From: a virus
Lineage: Duplodnaviria > Caudoviricetes
DNA: 53,586 nt
Reading direction: 5' to 3' (one strand)
IMG/VR virus record: IMGVR_UViG_3300044994_000102
Location: 1 to 53,586 of that record
Shown: positions 44,297 to 53,586 of the stretch, in pieces
Numbering within the stretch: position 1 is the stretch's first letter
Layout: every line of letters begins with the position of its first letter
Position numbers and translations under genes: made by a program
Notes under the pieces: generated by a model
The model's input: the letters and a program-made list of their open reading frames with translations, nothing else
What the model was told of the DNA's origin: nothing
Database searches by the model: none

Positions 44297-45016
44297 ATGG
44301 ACATCAAGCGGAAAACGGTACGGGTGGATGCGGACGAGCCGAGGCGGCGATCGTTCGAGGTCAGGGTCGGGGTGGTGCTCTTCAAAGCCGCAATGATCTG
44401 CGCGTTCTGCCTCGCCATCTCGCGGGGGCTGGAGGCGATGTGGGCGGAACTTGTCACCAAGGTGGATGTGGCGAAGGCGGCCGTCATCGACAAGCTCACC
44501 GTCACCAAAGTCGTGACCGAGTACAAGGAGGTCGACGACGCGAGCCTCGGGGAGATCATCACCCGCATCGCGAAGGACCACGAGATCGACCCGCTCGTGC
44601 TCGCCGTCCTCGCCGAGAAAGAGAGCGCCGGCGGGAAGGCGTTGTACCGGTTCGAGCCCCGGAAGTTCTCGGAGCTGCTCAACTCGAAAAAGTACCGCGG
44701 GGTGTCCGAGAACGAGCTCCGCATGATCGCATCGAGCCACGGCGTGTTCCACGTGATGGGCTACAGCGCCCGGGACTACTGCGACCTGCACTGGTCCCAA
44801 CTCTACAACCCGTGGGTGGCCGCCCGGTGCGCGGCCGTGATCGTCGCCCGGCACTCCCGCGACACGGCGGACATCAAGGACCCGTCCGTCCGGGTGCGCG
44901 AGGTGTTCCGGCGCTTCAACGGGTCCGGCCCCGATGCCGAGAGGTACGCCGACGACGCCATGGCCCGGCTCGCGGCCATCCTCTACAAGCGGGTGGCGGC
45001 GCCGGCCCCGAAATGA
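44297..45016 (+). CDS. Membrane-anchored lysozyme-fold / SLT-like transglycosylase
   Basis: TM anchor, IDPLVLAVLAEKES (catalytic E), YRFEP, SSHGVFHVMG, RRFNG. Confidence 0.7.
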   Translation: MDIKRKTVRVDADEPRRRSFEVRVGVVLFKAAMICAFCLAISRGLEAMWAELVTKVDVAKAAVIDKLTVTKVVTEYKEVDDASLGEIITRIAKDHEIDPLVLAVLAEKESAGGKALYRFEPRKFSELLNSKKYRGVSENELRMIASSHGVFHVMGYSARDYCDLHWSQLYNPWVAARCAAVIVARHSRDTADIKDPSVRVREVFRRFNGSGPDAERYADDAMARLAAILYKRVAAPAPK

Positions 45017-45794
45017 CACGCTCATGGGGCCGACGAACCCTCACCAGCTCCGAGGTAGCGCCAGGTGCGCGGTGACGTGCCCGCCTGGCGCGGACGACAG
45101 TCACACCAGACGAAGGCGACACGGGGGCGTCGGCCGAAGCGGGTACTCAACCCCGCCGGGGGGACGGACGACTCACGTAGCCGCCGTAACCCCGCTCGGC
45201 CCCGGACCCCGTCGCCCGCGAGGGCGGCGGGCAGATAGCTCAAGGGGACAACGGCGGGTGACTGCTGCCGAGTACGGGTGGCCGGAGACGGGGCCAGACA
45301 GTGACAGCGCGGGTGCGGGTCGGTAAGCCCGCACTTGTGCGTTCCTCGGGCTGAAATCCTCGCGAGAGGGAAAGTGCCGTGCTGGGGAACCGGGACGGAT
45401 ACCGCGCCCGCCCCTCGGCCGAAGACGCCGATAGCGACGTGACCGCCACCCACGACGGCCGACGACAATGTGGATCCCTCTGCCACCGCCGCGCTCCGCG
45501 ATGGTTCTTGGCAGAGGGGGTGCGCGTCGCGAGTACAAGGTCCGGGCGTTTTGCAGGAGGTTCGACGGGCCGCACGGCGGGGCCACGGTTCACGGGAGGA
45601 CAGCGGACGCGGGGGAGTGGCAGGGCAGTCACCGACCGCAGCCATTCGGGCTCGAGGAAAGCGACCACCAACGAGGTGGCCGGGCCGTTGGGTGTCACCA
45701 GGAATGGTGGAAAGCACCCACGTGCTCGGGGAAGGTTTCGCGGCGGGATCTCGGGGGGTATCCCGGCGGTAAAAACCCCCCGTACTCTGGTCTC

Positions 45795-46457
45795 GTGAGC
45801 TACAGCTATCTCGTCAGATCGCCGCGCGCCCTCGTTCAGTACTTGGCCGGCAACTTGCTGCCGAAGGGCTACCACTTCTACGTGGCCACGTGGCTACCGG
45901 AACACACCGACCCCGTCCTGGTCGATGCCAAACTCACGGTGCTCTACGAGTGCCACCTGCCGAAAGAAAAGCAGTACCGTCGGCGAAAGGCCGGGCGCGC
46001 GAGCGTCAAGTACGTCCGCTGCGGCCGGCTGTGCATGGTGCTTGCCACGCGGGGGCGATCACCGTTCTTCGAGCGCGAAGCCTTTGCCGACGCGCGGGAG
46101 CGGCCGATCCACGTGGCCGGGTACTCGCTCTCCGTCAACCGGGACACGGGCAAGGTGTCCGTCCGGGTCCACCGCGAAGCCCAACGTAAGATCCGGCAGC
46201 AGTTCACCGAACGGGCCGCGTGGTCGCTCGACTGGTGGGAGCGCGCGATCCGAGACTTCCCGTTCGCCGCCTACGCGGGCGTGAGGGACCAACTCTTCGC
46301 CGAGCTCCGCCACCTGAACGCCTGCCGGAAGAATCTCCGCCTCCCGCCGATCGAATGGCGGAACTGCGTTCGAAAGAAGTTCAAGGTCGAGCCCGTCTTC
46401 CTCGACTCTCCCCCGGAGCTCCTCGATCTGTTGCGGCACGAGACTCGTCGGAAGTAG
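45795..46457 (+). CDS. Conserved hypothetical protein (possible Rep-like protein of the plasmid module)
   Basis: VQYLA...GYHFYV, VDAKL, RRRKAGRASVKY, LATRG.SPFF; follows a long non-coding region; function inferred only. Confidence 0.55.
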   Translation: MSYSYLVRSPRALVQYLAGNLLPKGYHFYVATWLPEHTDPVLVDAKLTVLYECHLPKEKQYRRRKAGRASVKYVRCGRLCMVLATRGRSPFFEREAFADARERPIHVAGYSLSVNRDTGKVSVRVHREAQRKIRQQFTERAAWSLDWWERAIRDFPFAAYAGVRDQLFAELRHLNACRKNLRLPPIEWRNCVRKKFKVEPVFLDSPPELLDLLRHETRRK

Positions 46458-46760
46458 CCTCTATCCCAAGCCGGGGAAACGGACCGCAGACGTGACTGCG
46501 GAAGGGATACTCGGCCCGCCGACGATCGATGGCGATCGTTATGCCGCAACAGGGGCCGGACCTCTGTTGCGGCGGTTTTGCCTACGGTCCTCGCCTCCGC
46601 GACCGGGCACCAAGGTTTCTCGTTCTCGACAGGTCGCACCCATCGTGTAACGCTCGTCCCGGGTAGAAGCACTTCGGCCTTCCCTCAGCCCACTGAGGGG
46701 TGGCGTCAGCACGTCGAAGGTTTTGCGTGCCCACCCCTCAGTTCCGGAGGGCACGACCCC

Positions 46761-47516
46761 ATGTCCCAAGCGTCTCTCGTTCTGCACCGTGGCGCCCGGC
46801 CCGTCTCCGGCGAGGAGCTGGCCGAAGTGAAAGCCCCGGCCCCCGTCGGCCGCTGGTATCCGCTGTCGCACCAGACCGTCCTCCGCCGCGTGAAGGACAC
46901 GCTCGGCGAGGCCGGCTTTGTCGTGAAGCGGGAACAGCTCGCGCTCGCGAAGGACAACCACCGCTTCTTCGGCACGCTCGACCTGGAGTCGCAGCTCGTG
47001 CACGGGGTGGCGTTGTCGGTCGGGGTGCGGAACTCCACCGACAAGAGCTTCCCGATCGGGTTCGTGGCCGGGTCGCGGGTGTTCGTGTGCGACAACCTCG
47101 CGTTCTCGGCCGAGTTGCTCGTGAGACGGAAGCACACCCGGTTCGGCGAGCAGCGGTTCGCCGCCGACATCGCCGCCGCCATGCCGAAGCTCGGCCAGTT
47201 CCGCGAGCTGGAGGCGAAGCGGATCGAGGGAATGGCCCGGACCGAGGTGACCGACACGCTCGCTGAGTCGATCATCCTCCGGGCGTTCGAGAAGGGCGTG
47301 GTTCCGGCCCCGCTGCTGCCCGCGGTCATCCGCGAGTGGCGGGCCCCGAAGCACGACGACTTCAAGCCCCGGACGCTGTGGAGCCTGTTCAACGCGTTCA
47401 CCTCGGCGCTCACGCCGAAGGCGAAGGCCAACCCGCAAAGCTACAGCCTGACCACGATGCGGCTCAACGCGCTCGTGGCCCCGGCGCTCCCCGAGCCGCT
47501 CGCCATCGCCGCCTGA
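46761..47516 (+). CDS. DUF932-family protein
   Basis: WYPLSH, RFFG, GVRNSTDKS, VFVCDNLAF, RKHT, TLWSLFNAFT. Confidence 0.85.
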   Translation: MSQASLVLHRGARPVSGEELAEVKAPAPVGRWYPLSHQTVLRRVKDTLGEAGFVVKREQLALAKDNHRFFGTLDLESQLVHGVALSVGVRNSTDKSFPIGFVAGSRVFVCDNLAFSAELLVRRKHTRFGEQRFAADIAAAMPKLGQFRELEAKRIEGMARTEVTDTLAESIILRAFEKGVVPAPLLPAVIREWRAPKHDDFKPRTLWSLFNAFTSALTPKAKANPQSYSLTTMRLNALVAPALPEPLAIAA

Positions 47517-47644
47517 GACCAACCCCGGGGAACGGACGCCCCGGCATGTCACCAACCGGCGGCTTGAGGGCACGACGCCCGGCCGCCGTTCTCCATACCG
47601 GATCGTTCCATGTCCCATTCACTCAGAGACGGGAGGATCGCAAC

Positions 47645-48010
47645 GTGGGCAAAAAGAAACAGCAGGCCGCCCAAGAGGCCCAAGTGCCTCAAGAGCAGCA
47701 GGGGCAGAGCGGGACCGGCAGCCGCACCCCGCCCGCCTACGAGTGCCGCATCGGCCGCATCAAGGCGGTAGTGTGGACCAACAGGACGACCGAGGGCGAG
47801 GAGTGGTTCAGCACCACCCTGACCCGCAGCTACAAGGACTCTCAGGGGAACTGGAAGAGTGCCTCCAGCCTGGGACGGGACGACTTGCTCGTCGCCGCCG
47901 AGTGCCTCCGCGCCGCATTCCTGTTCATCGCCTCGAGGCAGGGGACCAACCTGAACACGGCCCCGACGGAACAGCAGTGCCAGCGGCAGGAGGAGGAAGT
48001 TCCGATCTGA
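47645..48010 (+). CDS. Small ssDNA-binding-like protein
   Basis: RIGRIKAVVW, TLTRSYKD..GNWK, acidic tail EEEVPI; GGAGG RBS. Confidence 0.6.
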   Translation: MGKKKQQAAQEAQVPQEQQGQSGTGSRTPPAYECRIGRIKAVVWTNRTTEGEEWFSTTLTRSYKDSQGNWKSASSLGRDDLLVAAECLRAAFLFIASRQGTNLNTAPTEQQCQRQEEEVPI

Positions 48011-48014
48011 GGCG

Positions 48015-48072
48015 GTGAGAGAGGTTTTCCAGGGAAGGTTTCCCCCATGGCATGACGCCGCCCTCTCTCACC
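48015..48072. terminator. Inverted repeat between convergent genes
   Basis: GGTGAGAGAGG ... CCTCTCTCACC. Confidence 0.45.
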
Positions 48073-48073
48073 C

Positions 48074-48718
48074 TTATATGATGTCCCCGCCGAAGTAGGC
48101 GTAGATCGCGTCCACCCGCTCCGGGTCGTACGTCACGCAGAGCCGCCAGCCGTCGCTCGCCACCGCCACCTTCCAGTCCACCACCATCATCCTCGCAGGG
48201 CCGTTCCACTTACGCGCCTTCAGGTCGGCGACCGGGAACCAGTACTCGCCCCACTTGGGTCCGAGCCTCACGGACTTCGCCGCGAGTACCGTATGGCTCT
48301 CTTCGACCGGCACCGCGTCCAGCATGGTCTCGACCGACCACTCGTCCTCTTGAGTGTCGGGAGGGTCCACCAAACAGATGTGGTAGACCGCCCGCCCGTT
48401 AGGCAGCTTTTTCAGCATCTCCCGGATCGCCAACGCTTGCGAGCGTGCCAGCGTCGGGTCGAGTAGCGGCCGGCCCTCGTACTTCTTGATCGCAGTGTCG
48501 AGCTCGAACGCTTCGGTGTAGAGCTTTGCCAGTTCCGGCTTATCGACGAGCGCCTCGAACAGCCGCGCGGCCTCCTTGACGTTCGATCCGCCTTCGCCGT
48601 TCTCCAGCTTGCTCACGTAGCTGGTGCTCTTCTTCCCGACCGAGTGGGCCAGCTCGATCCCGGTCATCCCCCGGTCTTGCCGCAGCTTCCTGACCAGTCG
48701 TCCCAAGTCGCCAGTCAT
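48074..48718 (-). CDS. XRE-family HTH regulator
   Basis: LRQDRGMTGIELAHSVGKKSTSYVSKLENG. Confidence 0.85.
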   Translation of the reverse strand: MTGDLGRLVRKLRQDRGMTGIELAHSVGKKSTSYVSKLENGEGGSNVKEAARLFEALVDKPELAKLYTEAFELDTAIKKYEGRPLLDPTLARSQALAIREMLKKLPNGRAVYHICLVDPPDTQEDEWSVETMLDAVPVEESHTVLAAKSVRLGPKWGEYWFPVADLKARKWNGPARMMVVDWKVAVASDGWRLCVTYDPERVDAIYAYFGGDII

Positions 48719-49062
48719 GACTCCCCTTGATGCGAACTGCTGAACTCCCGAATTTTAAGAAATTTCGCACTTCCCGCCAGTGCACCCGAGGTTAAAATCA
48801 TTCCGTCCGGTCTCCTGAATTCCGGGAGTCCCGGACTTTAGATTCCACGATTGGCGGTTAGCCCGCCGGAGGTGACGAGACACCTCAAGCCTTTCGTCCG
48901 CATTCGCCAGCATCCAGCCATCTGCCCACCAAGCAACGCAACAGAGCCCCTCGAGGGCTCCCGTCCGCCGTGCGCGCTGACGGCCGCTCTTTGACAACTC
49001 GGCATTTTGTTTCATTCCCCATTCCCCCATCGGCGGCGTGACCGCCGGAAAGGAGGCCATCC

Positions 49063-49542
49063 ATGGCCCAGAAGAAGGCCGAATCAGTGCCGAAGGTCAG
49101 CGTCTCGTTCAAGGTCCACAAGAAAACCAAGGATCTTTACAAGGCGAAATGCAACAGCATCCAGTCCAAGGACTTCAAGGGCAGCGAGTCGAGCGTCGGT
49201 GAGGTACTCGTCGAGGGTTTCGTTTCCGGACTGCTCGTCGTCGACGATCAGGGAAAGCTCGTCGTGCCCGGGCCGGCACAGTCGAAACCCGCTCCACCGC
49301 CCCCACCACTCCCACCGCCGAGGCCCGAGCCGGAGCTCGAGCCGCTCCCGGAGATCCTCCCGCCGATGCCGGCCGAGGACTACCAGGGCCTTAACGTCGT
49401 CGCGTACTTCTACCGCAACCGCCACCCGGGTGAGACGTACGAGCAGTTCTTGGCCGCATTCGAGTCCGAGCGGCACCCCGACGAGTCCATACAGAGCTGG
49501 GCTTACCGCACCCGCAAGGAAGAGGAAGGGGGTGCCGCGTGA
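49063..49542 (+). CDS. Hypothetical protein (possible relaxosome accessory factor)
   Basis: AGGAGG RBS, VSVSFKV strand-helix N-terminus, Pro-rich linker, coupled to the relaxase. Confidence 0.5.
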   Translation: MAQKKAESVPKVSVSFKVHKKTKDLYKAKCNSIQSKDFKGSESSVGEVLVEGFVSGLLVVDDQGKLVVPGPAQSKPAPPPPPLPPPRPEPELEPLPEILPPMPAEDYQGLNVVAYFYRNRHPGETYEQFLAAFESERHPDESIQSWAYRTRKEEEGGAA

Positions 49543-51155
49543 GCCGCCCCGGCAAAACGCCAGAGACGTACCCGCAGGAGGAACGGTTTCAGGACGAAGC
49601 CAGACAGTGCGGGGGGATGGTGCCGCTACCCGGGATGGTGAAGCAGGGGATAGACCCGAACAAGCCCGAGGACCTGAAGAATTTCTGCGAGCACCGCGAC
49701 CCGGACGGCACCCGCCCGATGGCGTGGCACGCGAACGCCGCGACGTACCTTTACTCGCTCCTCTACACAGCCGCTCCGTCGATCAACGGGTGGCTCAAGA
49801 CGCAGCCGAAGGAGGTGTTCGACCGGTTTGTGAAGGAGGTGTTCAAGCCGGCCGTCATGAACGCCGTGCTCGTGATGAACGAGGCGTGCGTCGTTCGCCG
49901 GCGGGAGAACGGCCAGCACATCAAGGAGAAGGCCGCCCTGGTCGGGTTCATCGCCGCCCATCTCACGGCGGCGGACGGCAACACGAGCCTGCACGCCCAC
50001 GTCCCGCTCTGGCGGTACGGGACGACGCAGGACGGGCGGGCGCTGTCCTTCCACGACGGGCGGTTCCTGTTCGGGGAGGCGTTCAAGAAGTCGGTCGAGG
50101 TGTTCCACCAGTCGCTCGCGGTTGGCCTGTTCCAGCACTTCGGCATCAAGGCCGAGGTCAAGGACGGGAAGTGCGAAATCCCGGGCGTGCCGAAGGAGGT
50201 GCTGGAGACCCTCGGCACCCGCAGCAAGGCGGCGCGGGCGTGGCTGGAGAAGCAAGGTATCTCCGAGACCGACCAGTCGATGCAGATCGCGGTGTGGCAG
50301 ACCCGGCCGAAGGGCGTCCCGCACTTCGACCTGACCGAGCGGTTCGCCCACTGGAACCAGGAGGCCCGTCAAGCGCTCGGGGCGAAGGCCGACCAGTACA
50401 TGCGACCCGCGACCGGCACCGGCGCGGCAACGACCGAGCGGCCCACCCAGTCGGAGACGAGGCGATCGTCCGAGTCGAACCAGACCGCCGTGCACTCGAG
50501 CACGGCCGGTCCCGAGCAGTCGACCGCCCAGGCCGACCAGCGGCAGAAGGGCGGAGAGAAGACGGAGCAGCAGCAGTCCAGGTCGAGCCAACAACAGCAG
50601 CACGAGAGCGAAGGGTTCCGCTACTTCCGCCAGACGCCCGGGCGGAAGCAGTCGCCGACCGGGTCGCTCATGTCCCGGGCCTTGAAAGACCTGATCGGCG
50701 AGACCGGGACGGAGCTCGCGAAGACGGCCATGCTCGTGGCACGGAAAGCGTTCGTGCCGCGGGACGACGTGATCCAGGTGAAGAACCTCGCAAGGGCCAA
50801 TGAGGACGGCCGCACGCCGACCAAGGGTGAGGTGTTCCGAGCGGTTCGAAACGAGTTGCGACGGAAAAACGTGGACGACTGGAACGCGATCGCCACGCTC
50901 GGGAGGCTGACGGGGATCGCCTTGAAAGTCTACCTGAAGGCGCGAAAGCCGAAGGTCTCGTACCCGCCCGGGACCGTGATGGTGGTGAGTCGGAAGGCCC
51001 AGCGGACCGCCACCCCCGAGCAGAAGAAGCAGTTCGCGAGGCTCGCCGCGAAACGCGGCTGGGCCGTCCGGTACGCGAAGCTCGAACAAGACCAGTCGCA
51101 GCAACAGGGCCAGCAGCAAGGCCAGAAGCAGCAGAAGCAGCAACAGTCCCCCTGA
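49539..51155 (+). CDS. MOBF/TrwC-like relaxase (divergent, no helicase domain)
   Basis: APSIN, HLTAADGNTSLHAHV (HUH), CEIPGVP..LGTRS, QTRPK; Gln-rich tail. Confidence 0.75.
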   Translation: MSRPGKTPETYPQEERFQDEARQCGGMVPLPGMVKQGIDPNKPEDLKNFCEHRDPDGTRPMAWHANAATYLYSLLYTAAPSINGWLKTQPKEVFDRFVKEVFKPAVMNAVLVMNEACVVRRRENGQHIKEKAALVGFIAAHLTAADGNTSLHAHVPLWRYGTTQDGRALSFHDGRFLFGEAFKKSVEVFHQSLAVGLFQHFGIKAEVKDGKCEIPGVPKEVLETLGTRSKAARAWLEKQGISETDQSMQIAVWQTRPKGVPHFDLTERFAHWNQEARQALGAKADQYMRPATGTGAATTERPTQSETRRSSESNQTAVHSSTAGPEQSTAQADQRQKGGEKTEQQQSRSSQQQQHESEGFRYFRQTPGRKQSPTGSLMSRALKDLIGETGTELAKTAMLVARKAFVPRDDVIQVKNLARANEDGRTPTKGEVFRAVRNELRRKNVDDWNAIATLGRLTGIALKVYLKARKPKVSYPPGTVMVVSRKAQRTATPEQKKQFARLAAKRGWAVRYAKLEQDQSQQQGQQQGQKQQKQQQSP

Positions 51156-51180
51156 CCCTTTTTCGGAAAGGACCGATCGC

Positions 51181-51573
51181 ATGTTCAAGTTCCTCCTGTG
51201 GCTCTACCGCGTCACGCTCGGCGGCTTCCTGGCCGGGGTCGCGTTCGTCTGGCGGGAGTGGGGCTGGCCCACGGTCGCCGGCTGGCTCGTGGTGGCCCTA
51301 ATGCTGGGCGTCCACGGCTACCTCTGGCTCCTCCTCGTCGCCGCTCTCGGCCTGAACCAACTCGTCGCCCTGATGGCGTTCGTGACTGCCGCGGTGAGCA
51401 TCACCGGCGTCGCCGCCACCAACACCGTCCCGTGGGTCGACACCGCCATCCGGTACGCCTGCGACGTGATCACGAAGGGCTACGCCGACCGCTGCCACAC
51501 GGCGACGTATCCCGCCGACCCCCGCCACGCCCTGGCGCCAAAGCGCACCGGGGCAAGCGCCGACGAAAAGTGA
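51181..51573 (+). CDS. Membrane protein
   Basis: About three TM segments; AAGGA RBS. Confidence 0.65.
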   Translation: MFKFLLWLYRVTLGGFLAGVAFVWREWGWPTVAGWLVVALMLGVHGYLWLLLVAALGLNQLVALMAFVTAAVSITGVAATNTVPWVDTAIRYACDVITKGYADRCHTATYPADPRHALAPKRTGASADEK

Positions 51574-51644
51574 TCCCCCAGGCACGGCAGGGCGTTCCTG
51601 CCGTGCCGCTCCGTTCCCGCAACCCTGATACACGAGGTGGCCGC

Positions 51645-53072
51645 ATGAAAGAGTTCCTGAAAATCATGTTGATGGTTTTGACAGGGGAGTTCCCGGAAGC
51701 CGCCACCCCGCCGCCGCCCCGCCGCAAGAACGGCCCGAAGATCCCACTGGCCGACATGCGAGACCCCGAGGAGCTGTTCAACGGCTGCGTCATCGCCGCC
51801 ATGAAGGGGGCCGGGAAGACGAACCTGATCAAGAAGTTGGTCAATAGTGTGATCGACCTCGGCCGCCCGGTGTACCTGATCGACACCGGGGACAAGTGGG
51901 CCGAGCACGTCCGAAGGGTGCGGCCGAAGACGCTCGTCCGGCGGGTCAGCCCTCACACGGTCGGTGGCCTGAAAATCCACTGGGCCAAGACCGTCAACAC
52001 CCCGGCCCGCATCCAGGCGTTCACCGGGAAGATCGTCGGGAACGAGAAGAGCGAGTCGAAAAACCCGTACTTCCCGACGAACGCCCAGCTCGTGATGATG
52101 GCGGCGATCGAGATGCTCATCATCTTCCTGGGCGACAAGTGGACGCTCCGGGACTTCATCATCCTCGCCACCAACCGCAAGCTGTTCGTCGCCCTGCTCG
52201 ACCACCCGAAGGTCAAGGGCCGGGTCAGAGACCCCCAGGACCAGTTCGCCCACAACGACAGCGCCAGGGACGTGATGGGGACCGTCGTCAGCCACCTCCT
52301 CCCCCTCATGGTGTACGCCGCCCTCGAGGAGCACGCCCCGGCCAAGGTCGGCCTGTTCGACGCGATCGACGAGGGCGGGGTCACGATCTTCGAGTGGAGC
52401 GACAACTTCGCCGAGGCGAACTCGAAAATGCTCTCTCTGGCGGCCGAGCTGGTGATGGACGAGCTCCTGTCCCGGCAGGCGGAGAACCTGGTCCTCTGGT
52501 GCCTGGACGAGATCCGGAGCCTGGCCCAGATCGACGCCATCGCGAACGTCGCCACCCGCGGGCGGCGCAGCGGCATCGGGTTCGTCTGGAGCATGCACAT
52601 CATCGAGGGATTGCAGGACCGGTACACGAAGCTCCGGGCCATGGAACTCGCCGACCTGATGGGCATCAAGATCTTCCTTAACCTGGACGGCAACGCGACC
52701 CTCGCCTGGGCGGCCGACTCGCTGGGCAAGTGCCAGCACGTCGTCGAGGTCTGGAAAGACGGCCTCGACGGGAAGGCCGGCCACTGGGAGCGGTCCGTGC
52801 GGGAGCTGCACCGCGTCCCGCCGATCGAACTGCAAATCCTCCCCTACGCCGACCCGGTCGCGGACAAGGTGTGCGGGTACGTGAAGGACAGGTTCGGCGT
52901 CAGCTACTTCGACGCCAAGTTCCTGGCCGACTGCCCGATGCTCACCGACCCGGGGCCGACCCTTCAGCCACAGGACTGCCAGCGGCTTAAGCGCCTCACC
53001 CGTGACGACATGGCCAGGTGGGGCGTCGGCGTCCTCACCAAAGAGATCAAGGAAGCGCTGGACCTGTCATGA
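51645..53072 (+). CDS. TrwB/TraD-like type IV coupling protein
   Basis: Walker A MKGAGKT, NPYF, Walker B WCLDEI, RGRRSG, WAADSLG. Confidence 0.8.
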   Translation: MKEFLKIMLMVLTGEFPEAATPPPPRRKNGPKIPLADMRDPEELFNGCVIAAMKGAGKTNLIKKLVNSVIDLGRPVYLIDTGDKWAEHVRRVRPKTLVRRVSPHTVGGLKIHWAKTVNTPARIQAFTGKIVGNEKSESKNPYFPTNAQLVMMAAIEMLIIFLGDKWTLRDFIILATNRKLFVALLDHPKVKGRVRDPQDQFAHNDSARDVMGTVVSHLLPLMVYAALEEHAPAKVGLFDAIDEGGVTIFEWSDNFAEANSKMLSLAAELVMDELLSRQAENLVLWCLDEIRSLAQIDAIANVATRGRRSGIGFVWSMHIIEGLQDRYTKLRAMELADLMGIKIFLNLDGNATLAWAADSLGKCQHVVEVWKDGLDGKAGHWERSVRELHRVPPIELQILPYADPVADKVCGYVKDRFGVSYFDAKFLADCPMLTDPGPTLQPQDCQRLKRLTRDDMARWGVGVLTKEIKEALDLS

Positions 53073-53278
53073 GCAAGCGCCTCATCCACGACGTGGCCAT
53101 GGCCACGACCCAAGCCGCGCTCAGCCGGTTAAGAGGGTGGTCAGGCGAGGCCGAATACCGCGAGGCTTTTCTCGCGGTGTTCCCCGCCGTCCAGGGTGGA
53201 CTGACTTACCTGATCGAGCACTACCGGCACGAACTGAAACGACTAGCGAAACCCGTCCCACCACCACCGGAGAACTGA
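53069..53278 (+). CDS. Hypothetical protein
   Basis: ATGA-coupled (MSKRLIHD). Confidence 0.55.
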   Translation: MSKRLIHDVAMATTQAALSRLRGWSGEAEYREAFLAVFPAVQGGLTYLIEHYRHELKRLAKPVPPPPEN

Positions 53279-53282
53279 ACCC

Positions 53283-53507
53283 ATGGGACGCCCCAGAAAG
53301 CTCCCGCCGACGGCGACGAGCGACCCGGAGACCCTCGTCGCGAACGTGCTCGACGAGGTGAAGGCGACGCTGAGGGACGCCGGGATCTCCATCCCGCTGT
53401 CCGTCTGGATCGAGGCGCAGCAGGCCGCCGCCGCGCTGCTGCCGAACAAGAGCAACGCCATCGTCACCATCCCCAACACCACCAACGGAGTTCAGGCCAA
53501 TGTCTAA
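53283..53507 (+). CDS. Hypothetical protein
   Basis: 74 aa, MGRPRK start. Confidence 0.5.
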   Translation: MGRPRKLPPTATSDPETLVANVLDEVKATLRDAGISIPLSVWIEAQQAAAALLPNKSNAIVTIPNTTNGVQANV

Positions 53508-53586
53508 GAAGCACGCCGCCATCTACCTCGCCCTCTGGCTCGCCGTGTTCCTGGCGCTCGCCTCGCTGATGTTCTGGCTGTTCACC

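Noticed and set aside
49007-50803. 598-aa ORF and other long Arg/Pro-rich alternative-frame ORFs across the window
   Set aside because: Typical high-GC shadow ORFs overlapping genes that have recognisable motifs
1-53586. Canonical CRISPR array for the type IV system
   Set aside because: No run of three or more equal repeats with unique ~30-40 bp spacers was seen by eye; a degenerate mini-array cannot be fully excluded without CRISPR-detection software

Overview
High-GC window holding most of a siphovirus-type phage (about 1-45,016), directly followed by a plasmid/ICE-like mobilisation module (about 45,800-53,586). The phage part has a leftward early/accessory region, a DUF2800-DUF2815-SNF2 plus PrimPol/P4-primase replication module with an iteron cluster, HNH/cos, ParB-like and Mom-like genes, HK97-type head genes, a lambda-like non-contractile tail and a lysis region. 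The most notable element is a tightly coupled six-gene type IV CRISPR-Cas effector operon at 1021-5078 (-): csf1, cas11, csf2, csf3, cas6e, cysH. It has the IV-B signature (cas11 plus cysH, no cas1/cas2/dinG, no visible array) but also an apparently catalytically intact type I-E-like Cas6e. Its promoter shares a 22-bp palindromic operator with four other phage promoters. Second, a 76-nt tRNA-Gly-like element with non-proteinogenic features lies inside the 3' end of the Mom-like gene. No integrase, DNA polymerase or CRISPR array is visible. All calls come from reading motifs by eye; no database searches were run.
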